NCBI GenBank assembly: GCA_964016885.1
Contig: OZ024740.1
Location: forward strand, 403,930,001-403,994,000
Reading direction: 5' to 3'
Length of the DNA stretch: 64,000 bases
Source of the DNA: Eledone cirrhosa
Lineage: Eukaryota
Below, one piece after another: positions 40,344-52,314 of the stretch (positions are counted from its first letter, which is position 1; each line of letters opens with the position of its first letter). The notes below the pieces were generated by a model, which saw nothing but the letters and a program-made list of their open reading frames with translations, searched no databases and had not been told where the DNA came from. The position numbers and the translations under genes are program-made.

Positions 40344-40740
40344 TTGATTCTACTTTTTGGCACAAGGCCAGCAATTATCCCAGTACATTACTGGTACTTT
40401 ATTTTATCGACCCGGTAAGGATGAAAGGCAAAGTTAACCTCGGCGGGAATTGAACTCAGATCGTATAGTAATAATAATAAATTTGAAGACTAAAATCCAA
40501 AGAGGGCTCGATAAGGATAAATATATATCAGATATATAAGGGCGGGATTTGAACTCAGATTTGAACTTATTAGCTTGTTAATAATTTTTTTGATTAAGGC
40601 ACAAAGCCAACACTTTTTTTCGGTTAGAAGTCGATAAACGCAACCCAGTTCGTTACTGGAACTTTATTTTGTCGACCCCGTAAATCTGTGCCACTAAATA
40701 TGGTGTTTGATGCTCTACCGATTCTGCCAATCCACTGCCC
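40344..40740 (-). mobile_element. Two partial family A SINE copies
   Basis: Tail and core at about 40344-40460 and 40590-40740. Confidence 0.8.
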
Positions 40741-40936
40741 TGAGTAGTTGATAATGGCATTCATCAAATCTAAACTTCAACATCAAGCTGTTGCCAACCA
40801 TTCTCTGCAACGTTGATTTCATTAGTTTTAGAGTCAGTAGTAGTATTGATTATATTTATTTGATTATATCAGTTATGGATAACTAAGACAGTGACCGCAA
40901 TGACCACAGGAACGATAGTGTTGGCACTGAAGATAT

Positions 40937-41400
40937 TGGTGGTGGTAGGGGTAGTGGGGGTAGTGGTGGGGGTAGTGGTGGTGGTGGTGGTGGTGGTGGT
41001 GGTGGTGGTGGTGGTGGTGGGAGTCTTGGTGGCAGTGGTGGTGGGGTAGTGGTGGGGGTGGGGGTAGTGGGGGTGGGGGTAGTGGGGGTGGGATTAGTGG
41101 TGGTGTGGTGGGGGTCTTGGTGGTGCTGGGGAATTGGTGGGTGATGGTCTTGATGGTGGTCTTGGTGGTGGTGGTGGTGGTAGTGGTGGTTGTCTTGGTG
41201 GGGGTAGTAGTGGTGGTGGTCATGGTGGTCATGGTGGTGGTGGTGGTGGTGTTGGTGGTGGTGGTGGTAGTGGTGTTATTGTTGCTGTTGTTGCTATTGT
41301 TGTTGTTGCTGTTATTGTTGCTGTTGTTGTTGATCGTGGTGGTGGTGGTGGCGCTGGTGGTGGTGGCGGCGGCGGCAGTTGGAGTAATGATGATAATTAA
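40937..41400. repeat. (GGT)n/(GTT)n low-complexity tract
   Basis: Degenerate trinucleotide repeats; a similar tract lies at 24925-25140. Confidence 0.92.
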
Positions 41401-41830
41401 TCATCATCATGAGATTGTCGTCGATGGATTGAAAAAAAAAATTGTTATATACAATGTTGTTTTGTTAAAGACCAGCCAGAGGTCAGCACTGATTTAACAG
41501 ATCTACGGACCAAACCGTAACAATCCCGTCTCTTTATGGCTTTTTATGACAGTGTTATTTCATTTGTCCTTTTCTGATTTATATCCGTTAGGTGCGATTC
41601 GAGGGATATTTGGCTGCTATTTCTAGCAAGTTAATTAACCACTTAGAAGTCCCTTACTTGTCTATGTACTGAACAGCATTTTATATCTGTTGTTGTTGCT
41701 GTTAATGGTGGTGATAATGAAAAGAAATGAGCAGAGGTGTTGGTAATAGTATTGGTGAAAGTGATGACAATTCTGAAATTGTGATAATTATTGTGTTGTC
41801 TAATATTGTGATATATGTTTATTTCATAAT

Positions 41831-42016
41831 TTTTTCTACTTTTGGCACAAGGCCAGCAATTATCCCAGTGTATTACTGGTACTTTATTTTATCGACCCCT
41901 TAAGGATGAAAGGAAAAGTTAACCTCGGCGAGTTTTGAACTCAGTCCGTAAAGGGACGTAACTGTGCTGCAAAGCATGGCGTCCGACCCTCTACCGATAC
42001 TGCCAATCCACCGCCC
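41831..42016 (-). mobile_element. Family A SINE with 13-bp TSD
   Basis: TTTATTTCATAAT at 41818-41830 and 42017-42029. Confidence 0.93.
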
Positions 42017-42104
42017 TTTATTTCATAATCACGTTGCCCCATCCTCATGTATAACTTTGACTGTTCAACCGCACTTGTATTGTAACTTTCTTATAAAGTT
42101 TACT

Positions 42105-42255
42105 GTATTTCTATGTGCAAGCCTCCATCTACCAAATTTCACTGCCAAGGCATTATTCAACCTGTGTCTATAGTAGAAAACACTGGTACAGGAAGCCACG
42201 CTGAGGAATTGAACCCGAAACCACGTGGTTATGAAACGAACTCTGTAACCACACA
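42105..42255 (-). mobile_element. tRNA-derived SINE family C, degenerate
   Basis: GGGTTCAATTCC B box followed by GTGTTTTCTACTATAG..GCCTTG..GTGAAATTTGGTAGATGG. Confidence 0.6.
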
Positions 42256-42984
42256 TAAAATACATGTTTGTGAAATATTCTCATAGGCATAAAGTCTTGC
42301 TTTAATTAATACAGTAGGGAGTAATTTGAGTTTATGTTTATAATTTATAATGACATTTCTATTCGTTCACAACAGTTAAATCTTTTCAATATCTATTTCG
42401 GTATTCATATGGTAGAAACCTAAGAGATGATTATTCAAAGTTGTCAGAGAGCTGAATGTTAATATATCGAATATATATGTATATATTCTACATACTTTGC
42501 AGATAAGATTGTACGTCTGTGGGAATATGATATTGAATATATGTGTGTGTTTTATAAGTTACAGAAAGGACATTGTATGTGACCATGACCTTTGTGTATT
42601 CCGCAAGATTGGCCAGGTTGATACGACCGATAAGCCGTTTGAACAACTGCAAGTAGTCAATGTTCGCAGAAAGAGCTTAGTTATGGCGTGCAATAGAGGC
42701 TGCAACCGACTGTTTAAAACAGACATTTGATGTTTAATCCGGAACTATGTTGGATCACCCATTCTAAAATTCATGAAAATTAAAATAGCTCCGATCTGAT
42801 GAGCCTTGAGGTTCGAGACAGACTAAAATACATGTTTACATAAAAAACGTGTAAAAAATTAATTTATATGAGTATAGACTATACTTGTTGCATTAAAATA
42901 TATGATTAAATTTGTAAACCTGCACAACCATATGCAAATTGAGTTATATACATATGTCCCTTACACAGGTTCTTTATAAATAAT

Positions 42985-43171
42985 TGTTTCTACTTTTGGC
43001 ACAATGCCAGCAATTATCCAAGTGTATTACTGGTACTTTATTTTATCGACCGCGTAAGGATAAAAGGCAAAGCTAACCTTGGCGCGATTTGAACTCAGAA
43101 TGGCAAGGGCCGTAACTCTATGCATCAAAGCATAGTGTCCGACCCTCTACCGATACTGCCAATACACCGCC
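42985..43171 (-). mobile_element. Family A SINE with 13-bp TSD
   Basis: CTTTA(T/C)AAATAAT at 42972-42984 and 43172-43184. Confidence 0.92.
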
Positions 43172-43538
43172 CTTTACAAATAATATTATTTAAGCATATA
43201 AAGGTATACAGATGTATATATGCGTGTATGTGTTAGGAATATGGCTTTGTAGCACAAATGTACGCATAGTGGACGAGATTTTACTATTTATTTTGCTATA
43301 TTCTAATCGTCATTTACTAACGAAGTGACAAGGTTTATTTGTTAGAGTTAAAAACTTCATTGGGCACACTAGTCTTTGTGTGCTAGTGCATGGAAATGTA
43401 TGTATATTTCTGATATGTAAGTTCAAACAGAATTGGTATGTATACACACTTTGATTAAGACGTACCAAGTAGAACTCAGACAAAAGAGGATGTCTGTTAA
43501 TGTATACGAGATATAATGCTTTCTTTAGTAACCAGTTA

Positions 43539-43569
<31 letters not shown>

Positions 43570-44538
43570 TTTACAATCGTTTAAGCTGGTGGAAACTGTG
43601 AGATAACGTTTATATCGCTACTGTCACATTTCCAGAAAAGCTTCAGATTTGAGGGTGTAGACCAAATATAGCAATTAAGAACTAGCTAAGTATGGCACTA
43701 CATTATAATCATCAATTTCACCAACTGCGCGAACGATCAGAATAAAACAGTGATTGTTTGTTGGAATTCACCGATTAATTCTACATCAGTTAACACAAAC
43801 ATTCTTTCTTTCCATTAATACATTAACATATATTTAGTTAAAAGTGGATATGTTGGCTGTGATAATTAACACAGGGTGGGATTTAGTTAGTTTCATCCTT
43901 TACAGAGCTGAAATTTAGTTAAGATTCAACTTAGTCTCACATCCTTCTTGAATACGAAGTCAATCAAAGGAAATCAGAACATTTATTTATATATATGTAT
44001 TGTAATCCCCGAAGACATTCATAGCATTCATACGAACTTCTACGAGAATGAAATAACTAAAACAAATAAAATTAGTTTTATAATTAGCCGCTCGTAGAGT
44101 TTTATTACAAACAACACTGATTGCAAAAGATACACGTTGACTTTGTGGGTCTTTTGTTTTTTTAGATTATAAGTATTGATTTTTAATCCAGCCACATGGC
44201 TAGCACTTTTAGTGGTTAAATCGGTCCCAGTAGTTCATTCGTATTTTATTTTATTGAATATTAAAAGGATGATTAATGACCCCTGAAATGCTGAAAGTTG
44301 ACCACTGTGATATATCAAACCTGGACATAGAGGGTTGTAACAAATACTACAAAGCATTTTTTTTTTGAGAAATATCAGCAAGAGATTACATGTGTGTGCG
44401 TGCGTATGCGTATGTTTGTGTGGGTGTGTATGTCAGCGTGCGTATGTGGGTGTGTGTGCGTATGCATAAATGTGCGTTGTGCGTCCCATTTCAGTGTGTC
44501 CACGTGCGTGTATGTTGTACATGTCGTGTGAGTGTGAC

Positions 44539-44732
44539 CAGATCTGTCAACTCTCCCTGTCCGACGGGGAGATCTCCTATCCACTTTGAGGTGGGTGAGA
44601 GATGTCTACTCTTGTGAGAATGGGTATTGCTTTCATTATGTAAAATCTCCCCATTTTGCCTTATTTCTCCCCGTTTGGGGGCACTTTTCTCATGGTACTT
44701 CCCGTTTGGGTTTTTAGAAGTTGGCAGGTCTG
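44539..44732. mobile_element. hAT-like MITE
   Basis: Imperfect TIRs CAGATCTGTCAACT / AGTTGGCAGGTCTG; shorter copy at 62860-62965; no clear TSD on this copy. Confidence 0.7.
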
Positions 44733-45260
44733 CTTTGACCGTGCGCGTGTATGTCATTTGTGAGTGTGTTATAGTTTACTTACTATAACTTAGAATTATA
44801 TTAATACTGATTCATAATACTAACATTTTTAGTGAGAGACCAATCGATAGATCGAGGCCAATAAGTGTTTGACTGTTTTTTTTTCTTATTGACTTTGGAA
44901 AAATAAAAGATGAAATTAATCCATATTGGATTCGAAATCAGAAGGAAACTAAGCAACTAATCAGCTCAAGCATAATGTCAAGTGCCCTCCATATTTAAAC
45001 ATTCTCTATCCTTAGAGTTATATTGAATGCTAAATCGATATTGAATGCTAATAACAGGTATAACTCTTTTAGTATGAATGCCTTCTGTGTAGAAAAGAGT
45101 GGAAATGGATAGAAAATACATCTATGTGAAGAATAATAGTTAGATTAGTAATTGACTAAGATTTTTTCTAATTATTTCGGCAAGTACGGGAGACAACTCC
45201 GGATATATTTTATTATGACCTCATCAGCACACAATACGTTTCAACATACACGCCAAAGAC

Positions 45261-45313
<53 letters not shown>

Positions 45314-47373
45314 GGCGACCTACGTAGTAAATCGTATCATCGTGAGCTCCGCAAAGGTTTGTTATTTCCGTTTGTTAAAAATTGCCATTTATGGAAAATT
45401 TTTATTGTTAACTATATATAAGCGCACATACATTGTTTTCCGAAAAGGACACCCAAAAAGATTGGGGCCTTGTGCCCAAAATTTAAACTTTTATGATTAT
45501 CAAAAAATTTCTTTGAAAAGAAAATGGCTAATTCACCTCTGCACCAAGCAGCTGAAAGCCTTCCTCACAAATTAACACCTCACACCGACACCACCATTGT
45601 AAATGATACTACGTTAGTCAACACAAACAATTTAAGCAGTAGCAATATTTTAAATTTATCTCAGACAGACATTCATTTCCCGCCATTACCAATGACTGCA
45701 GGTGTTAAAGCCGCCACCACCACCACCACCGCGACAACCACCACCCCCACTACCACCGCGACAACAGAAACAAAAGGAAAAAATAAATCAACTCGTGATG
45801 TCGAAATATTTTCAACCAAAATGGACTCTTCCAAACCGAACTCCACTGACGTCACCACCACCACAACTGAAATTAAAATTAATAATAACAAAAATAACGA
45901 TAGCAACAACAACAACAATGACATTAGAAAAACCACCCAGAGTTTTGCCAGAGTAGCAAAACAGTGCGAAGCATTTACGGTAACTCAGGAGGAATTAGAA
46001 AATGCCAAAAAAAATGGTAAAGAAAGATGGGTACAGGGTCAGCCTCAGGGGAAGCTATCCCTGAAAGTTCGAGCGGAGGTAGCTAACGCATACATCGCGT
46101 CTGTCATCTGCTACCGCCTGACCGTCGTACCTTGTCCTAAGCCTCGCCTGACTGCGCTGGAGCGTTTGCTCTTTCGCTTTTTGTGGAAGGGACGCGCTCC
46201 GATGGTCAGGCGGTCCATCTGTTGTCAACACCCGCTACGTGGAGGGATGGGCATGCCGTGGCTGATGATGCGCAGGCACGCGCTCAGGCTACGACATCTC
46301 CACCTCTTCCTCGACGGTGATCAGGTGTGGTCGCCGTTTGCTAGACGCGTATTTCCCCAGCTCGTTTCCTTGACGGAGCTGCAGTCCTGGGTCAAGCGAA
46401 GACCGAGAGGGAGCGCCTGGAGACTGGAATGTCTTCAGGCGCTCACAGCCCTCGACCAATCGGGCAATGTGATCGGTGGAAACTCCACCTCGGCGTTCTA
46501 TAGAGGATTAGTGGAGGGGAAGAGCGACGACGTACTTGGGGAAACTCTAGGCGTCGACGAAAATCAACTAGCCAATCTCTTCGGAAGAACTTTCGGGCCA
46601 GGGCCTATGGACAACTTCCAGAAATCTCTGGCCTGGCAGTGCTACCGAGGAGCCTTGCCAGTTCGGGATAAACTCTACAGGCATGGAGGTGCCGTCAGCC
46701 GGGCATGTCCGAGATGCGCGCAGGGCGACGAAACCGTCCTGCACGCACTCGTCCAGTGTCCGAAAATTGCTGACTTGTGGGTTTATGTCGAACACCTGCT
46801 GTCGCGTTTAGGACGGATCCGGCTATCATCTGAGTCCATCGTGAGGATTGCCCCGCCCTCCTCCTTTAGCCGGGAAGGGCAGGCAGTTTTTATCTGTCTG
46901 GTGGCCATGGCGAAAGAGATAGTATGGTGGACACGTTTGAAAGGGCTGAAGACGAGCACTTACCTCTTCGGTGATGCCCTGATTGACTTTTTCAAATTTC
47001 ATTTGAAAAGGGAAATCAGAGTAGAGAGGGAAGTGCTCTCTTCCCAGCATTTTGTTGAAAGATGGGTGAGAGAAGCAAGAATGGCCCGAGTGAATGGGCC
47101 TACTCTGAGTATATATCTGTAAATTAAAGGTGGAAAACTGGGAGAGGGCACTTGCCTTGGTGGTCAGGGTCATTGTGGCTTTTTACTGGGCTTTCTCCAC
47201 AAATGTCCCTCCGAAGTCTCCCCCCTATTGGGGAATTTTTCATTGTTATTTTTTGTTACACCCTCTGTTTTTTTTTGTTTTTTACACGCAGAAATGCCCA
47301 TTTATACCGTCCTGTATTGTCCTGAACTGTCATAATGTCTACTTTATGTAAACCCTTGTGGTTAATAAAGAAA

Positions 47374-47375
<2 letters not shown>
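45314..47375 (+). mobile_element. Tx1/L1-type LINE, internally deleted, inserted in (ATT)n
   Basis: (ATT)n on both sides; ORF 45524..47122 is an AT-rich ORF1-like start fused near 46020 to an ORF2 C-terminus (KLSLKVRAEVAN, FLWKG, GGMG, CPRC..ETVLHALVQC); no RT or APE; same 5' end at 63809. Confidence 0.88.
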
Positions 47376-47420
<45 letters not shown>

Positions 47421-47421
<1 letters not shown>

Positions 47422-48445
47422 TTTGAGTCTCAGTCATTGATGTTATTTAACTGGTAAGTTTGTTGAAATAAATATCAAGCCGCTACCTGCAGCCTCATAT
47501 ATTCTGGACGTATCGGAGTGTTCTTGCTGTTCCCAGCAAGCATGCCTTTTGAAGTGTTCCAAAAAGCGGGGCTGGACTAATCTTCTTTAACCATCCTTGG
47601 AAACTCTTTGAGATAGTAGCTAGTGCGCCTATGACAATCGGGACGACCTTGATTTCATGGCAGTTCCAAATCCTTTTTAACTCCCACTTTAAATCCTGGT
47701 ATCGGTTAATTTTCTCCCTCTCCTTTTCTTGCACTCTCGTGTCAAATGGGCAGGCTACATCTACAATCAGGCACGATCTTTTTTCCTTGTCCAAAACCAC
47801 CAGGTCAGGCCTATTGTGTTCTAATTTCTTGTCCGTCTGTATCCTAAAATCCCATAGCACCTTCACCTGATCGTTTTCTATCACCGACTCTGGCTTATGC
47901 TCATACCACTTCTCAGAATGTGGTAAATTGTTTACTTTGCATAGATGCCAGTGGATCACCCTGCCTATCACATTATGTCTCCAGCCTTTATAGTGAGTCT
48001 GGGCTAGGTGTTTACACTCGGATACAATGTGAGCCACAGTCTCCTCTCTCTCTCTCCACAGATCCTACACAGTGAGCTAGCCTCCTCCTTGTCAATATGG
48101 TGTTTCACCCACTTCGTTCTGAGGGCTTGTTCTTGCGCAGCCATTAGCATTTCTTCTATAGCTTTTTTAAGGTCCCTTCTTTTTAACCAGTTCCATGTCT
48201 GTGGATCTCTAAATTCCGTTTTGTTAAAGAAGGTTCTATGAAGGGATTTTTCATGAAGGTTGCTCTTTCTCCTTGTTGTTATTTCCTCCTTGGACATCCC
48301 CTGGTCTATTGTCTTCTCCTTCAGTACAATTTTGAGCATTGGCTCCCTACTGTCAGCGACATATTTGTGCAGGTTGTTTCTCTCCATCTGAATACAGTCC
48401 TCTATGCTGATAATACCTCTTCCACCTTCAGATCTCTTTAAGTAG
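47421..48445 (-). mobile_element. R4/Dong-clade LINE, 5'-truncated 3' fragment
   Basis: Homologous to 20988-22015 (CCHC, RPDLVVLD); 3' end abuts (AAT)n. Confidence 0.93.
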
Positions 48446-48602
48446 TATTCGAGCTGTGACATCTCAATTTGGAGAAATAGTGATTCTACCTGGAGCAACT
48501 CTCTGATCTCTGAGCTACGCACTTTATCGAGTAGCGTTACTCCAAAGATCATTCGAAGGAACCCTATCTCAGCTGCTTTTATTCGTGATCATATTCTTTC
48601 GG
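48446..48602 (-). mobile_element. RTE-like LINE fragment
   Basis: IKAAEIGFLRMIFGVTLLDKVRSSEIRELLQVESL is typical of the RTE post-RT region. Confidence 0.7.
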
Positions 48603-48604
48603 TC

Positions 48605-48880
48605 AATATATATTTCAGTGATAACCATTATTCAACAGCTATGACCTCATCAGACAGCTAGAAATTGAACAATAAAAACAGAAAACCATAATGGTGGAAC
48701 TAAGATTCTCTCAGTTATTTCGGCCCTTTGCTATGCCCTGTCCCGAAGTATGGTGTCGTTTTCTCAAAAAATTGACTTACTTCCACCATTATATTTTTCT
48801 ATTTTTTCTGTTCAAGTTCTAGCTATCTGATGAGGTCATAGCTGTTGAATAATGGTTATCACCGAAATATATATTACAGC
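48605..48880. repeat. Fold-back element (about 100-bp arms), a hammerhead fold in each arm
   Basis: 48605-48703 pairs with about 48776-48875. Confidence 0.92.
48822..48880 (+). ncRNA. Type I hammerhead fold with palindromic stem III
   Basis: GCT(A/G)T-CTGATGA-GGT..ACC-GAAA-TATATA-TT-ACAGC; the left arm has GCTGT, which completes stem I. Confidence 0.75.
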
Positions 48881-48942
48881 GATTATGTATAAACGAAGTT
48901 AATTTTAACCTGTTGGCTTACACTTTTTTGTATGTGTGTGTG

Positions 48943-49012
<70 letters not shown>

Positions 49013-49044
49013 AGATTTCGCTTCAAGAATTTCTATACAATATG

Positions 49045-49503
49045 TATAAAAATTTCGTATGTCTAAAAAAATACGGTTTTAGGAAGCCGTAGCTATGCAA
49101 ACACCGGGGATGACGCCTTCTGGTGGTGTCCACCAGAAGCAAGGGGGCCAACTGTCTATGAATTTCATGCTTGACTGGCCTTCGTCAGGACGGTCCATCC
49201 CACCGCTTGCGAAATCTTATTTTTTTCTATTATAAGTTGAGCCAACTTATGCAGCTTCATATGCAAATGAGATTAATAACCTCATTTACACAGACGAGAA
49301 AACTATATATTCTCGACTGTTTTCAAGTCAAGCAGTAGCAAGCGGTGGGACGAACCGTCCTGACGAAGGCCAGTCAAGCCTGAAATGCATAGACAGTTGT
49401 CCCCCTTGCTTCTGCTGGACTCCACCAGAGGGCGTTAGCCTCGGTGTTCGCATAGCTACGGCTTCCTAAAACCGTATTTCTTTAGAAATACAAAACTTTT
49501 ATA
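49045..49503. repeat. Fold-back element (about 165-bp arms) between TA tracts
   Basis: 49045-49210 pairs with 49338-49503, with scattered mismatches. Confidence 0.93.
49357..49394 (+). ncRNA. Minimal type I hammerhead ribozyme, canonical
   Basis: GTC-CTGACGA-AGGC cagtcaa GCCT-GAAA-TGCA-TA-GAC; mutated mirror copy at 49154-49191 (-). Confidence 0.88.
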
Positions 49504-49653
49504 TATATATACACACACATATATATATATATATATATTTTCCCGTTCTTTGCCAGCGAACGTTACCACAAACCAAAGTATCGTCTTCCTGTCTTCCTCC
49601 GGTTGCAACGTTTTTTGAAATATCCAGTTCTGCGTTTACAGATTGACTTTGTT

Positions 49654-49704
49654 AGTTTCAGAAGATCCCGTTAAGGGTGAAAGCAGCGATTCTTTTCTTA
49701 AACT
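49654..49704 (+). ncRNA. Hammerhead-like fold, variant core CAGAAGA
   Basis: Same family as 16944-16994; followed by (TA)n. Confidence 0.5.
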
Positions 49705-49720
49705 TTAATCTGTTATTTTA

Positions 49721-49794
<74 letters not shown>

Positions 49795-50629
49795 AATATT
49801 AACAAAAATAGACATTCGTGTGATCAAGTATATTTTATTATACATATTTCTGAGGTACTGAGCTATCTTCAACAGTACGTCCTCATCAAATAAAATAAGA
49901 TGATGCATGACATACCTTGACTAAGTAGATGGTTAAAATTCAGTCATGGCAGTGAATAAGATAGGACAAAACTCAATATTTATATACCTTAAGATTGAGA
50001 CATGAAAAAATTACATATAATACAGAGGGTGCATGTGAGAAAGCTTATAAAGATACATAATAATAAACAACTACTAATATAATATAAACTTACATAACTG
50101 TTAGAAATTTAAATAATTTAAATTATTGAAGAAAGAAGAAGTGAAAGACAGAGAGAGAAACAGATGAGGAAAAAGAGAGTGACTAGAAGTATAGAATTAT
50201 CTTATGCACGAAAGCAAAAGAAAACTGATTAAGGATAGAGAGAAGAGGAGAAAATAATTCATAGTATAAAGCATAGAGAGGGGGATTTGTATTATCGTGG
50301 ATAAATAGCGTATAATTAAATGATGCATAAATATATATATAAATATATATTTGGGCATAGCTTTGTGAATGAATAATTTCGAATCGTTAAATTATCTAGA
50401 AATAATCAATCAATCGAAATATCAAATATATATGACGGTTTTTTTTTTCGAATCCTTAAGTTAATTAGAAATAGTCAATTAATCAATTATATATATCCCA
50501 GCGCATCCGGATTACCGTTAAATTTCGAATATTTATGTTAGTTAGAAATAGTGAATTAATCTAAAGGCATAATAATATTTCAGACTATAAAATTTATAAG
50601 TATTTATATTATAGTATAATATAATATTT

Positions 50630-50632
50630 AAA

Positions 50633-50681
<49 letters not shown>

Positions 50682-50724
50682 TTATATATAATATTTATAT
50701 ATATATAATATATATATATAATAT

Positions 50725-50755
<31 letters not shown>

Positions 50756-50758
50756 TAT

Positions 50759-50805
<47 letters not shown>

Positions 50806-51085
50806 ATATATATATTATATTATATATATATATATATTATATATATATTATATATATTATATATATATAAATATTATATATTATATTATATATAAATATT
50901 ATATATAAATATATTATACATATATACATTATATATATATATTATATATATATATAAATATTATATATTATATTATATATAAATATTATATATATATATA
51001 ATATATATAATATACATTATATATATATATACATGTGTGTGTGTGTGTGTGTGATATTTATATATATATATATATATATATACAG
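50630..51085. repeat. Degenerate (TA)n tract
   Basis: About 450 bp of interrupted TA repeats. Confidence 0.95.
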
Positions 51086-51192
51086 TATTTTCCGTAGTGT
51101 TGTAATATAAATATTACACACAGTAGATGGACAGCTCACGCAGAGTTTGCTCGACGGTTCCAGTTGTAGTTCCAAAAGTAATCCGGAGAAAA

Positions 51193-51870
51193 ATAGAAGG
51201 ATTTTAATGGATACAGTTTAGTTAAGAAGGAATTTATTGACACGTGTTTCTATAACAGTTACATAACCTGAAAACAGCTGCTATCTACAAAGTATTAGTT
51301 ATGCAGACATTCAATATTTCAATGTTATTATCAACTGTCATTTCATCGGAATAATTTTACTGAGGACCTGTTTGGTTTTTATAGAGAATATTAGGAGGGG
51401 GGGGGTGAAGTTGTTAGAAGAATAGTTGAGGGAGTGGTTTTTTGATAGCAGTGAGAATTTTTGGTGGCAGTGAGTAATTAGATTCCCATCTGTTGTTTTG
51501 ACATTTTTATAGAATATATTATTGGTTATTTTTCTAAATCTATAGAAGGATTAGAGATAGTATAGATATGCGTGGTTGGTTTTGTGTTTGCACTTAATTA
51601 ACATTCAGACTTAAATTTTTCTTTCAAGTGTACGTATCCTTTCGCCCACGCATTCACACACAAACATATATGCACACCTCTACAAAATACATATACTCAC
51701 ATACACATACTTACATGCTCATACTTACATACATATACACATGCATACATATATATATACACATATATACATGTACATACATACGCGTTCATGTGTATAC
51801 ATTTTCATACTCAACTTATCTTTATATACACACGTATAGACACACACATATATACACACATACTCCAGTT

Positions 51871-51954
<84 letters not shown>

Positions 51955-52277
51955 ATATATATAAACACTTTAATACATGAATGCACTTACATCTAACTAT
52001 ACACATCAAACATATATATATATTTACTTATTTATATACATTTTCACATCTATATACATACTAAAAGTGACCATAAGTATGTATATAGATGTGAAAATGT
52101 ATATAAATAAGTCAATATATATATATGTTTGATGTGTATAGTTAGATGTAAGTGCATTCATGTATTAAAGTGTTTATATATATATATATACACATAGACT
52201 GTTTTCAGGTTATGTAACTGTTATAGAAACACGTGTCAATAAATTCCTTCTTAACTAAACTGTATCCATTAAAATCC

Positions 52278-52283
<6 letters not shown>
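51193..52283. repeat. Nested fold-back: outer 85-bp arms and inner palindrome of about 110-bp arms
   Basis: 51193-51277 pairs with 52199-52283; 51950-52062 pairs with 52076-52190; outer arms contain GAAA-CACGTG-TC. Confidence 0.92.

Positions 52284-52314
<31 letters not shown>

Noticed and set aside
40873-41497. His/Pro-, Val- or Gly-rich ORFs
   Set aside because: Arise from (GGT)n/(GTT)n repeats open in several frames; no domain or splice evidence.
42795-42840. Hammerhead candidate CTGATGAGCC..GAGAC
   Set aside because: GAAA altered and no convincing stem I or III.
45314-45380. HDV-like ribozyme at the Tx1 5' end
   Set aside because: Could not find a P1 partner or nested pseudoknot.
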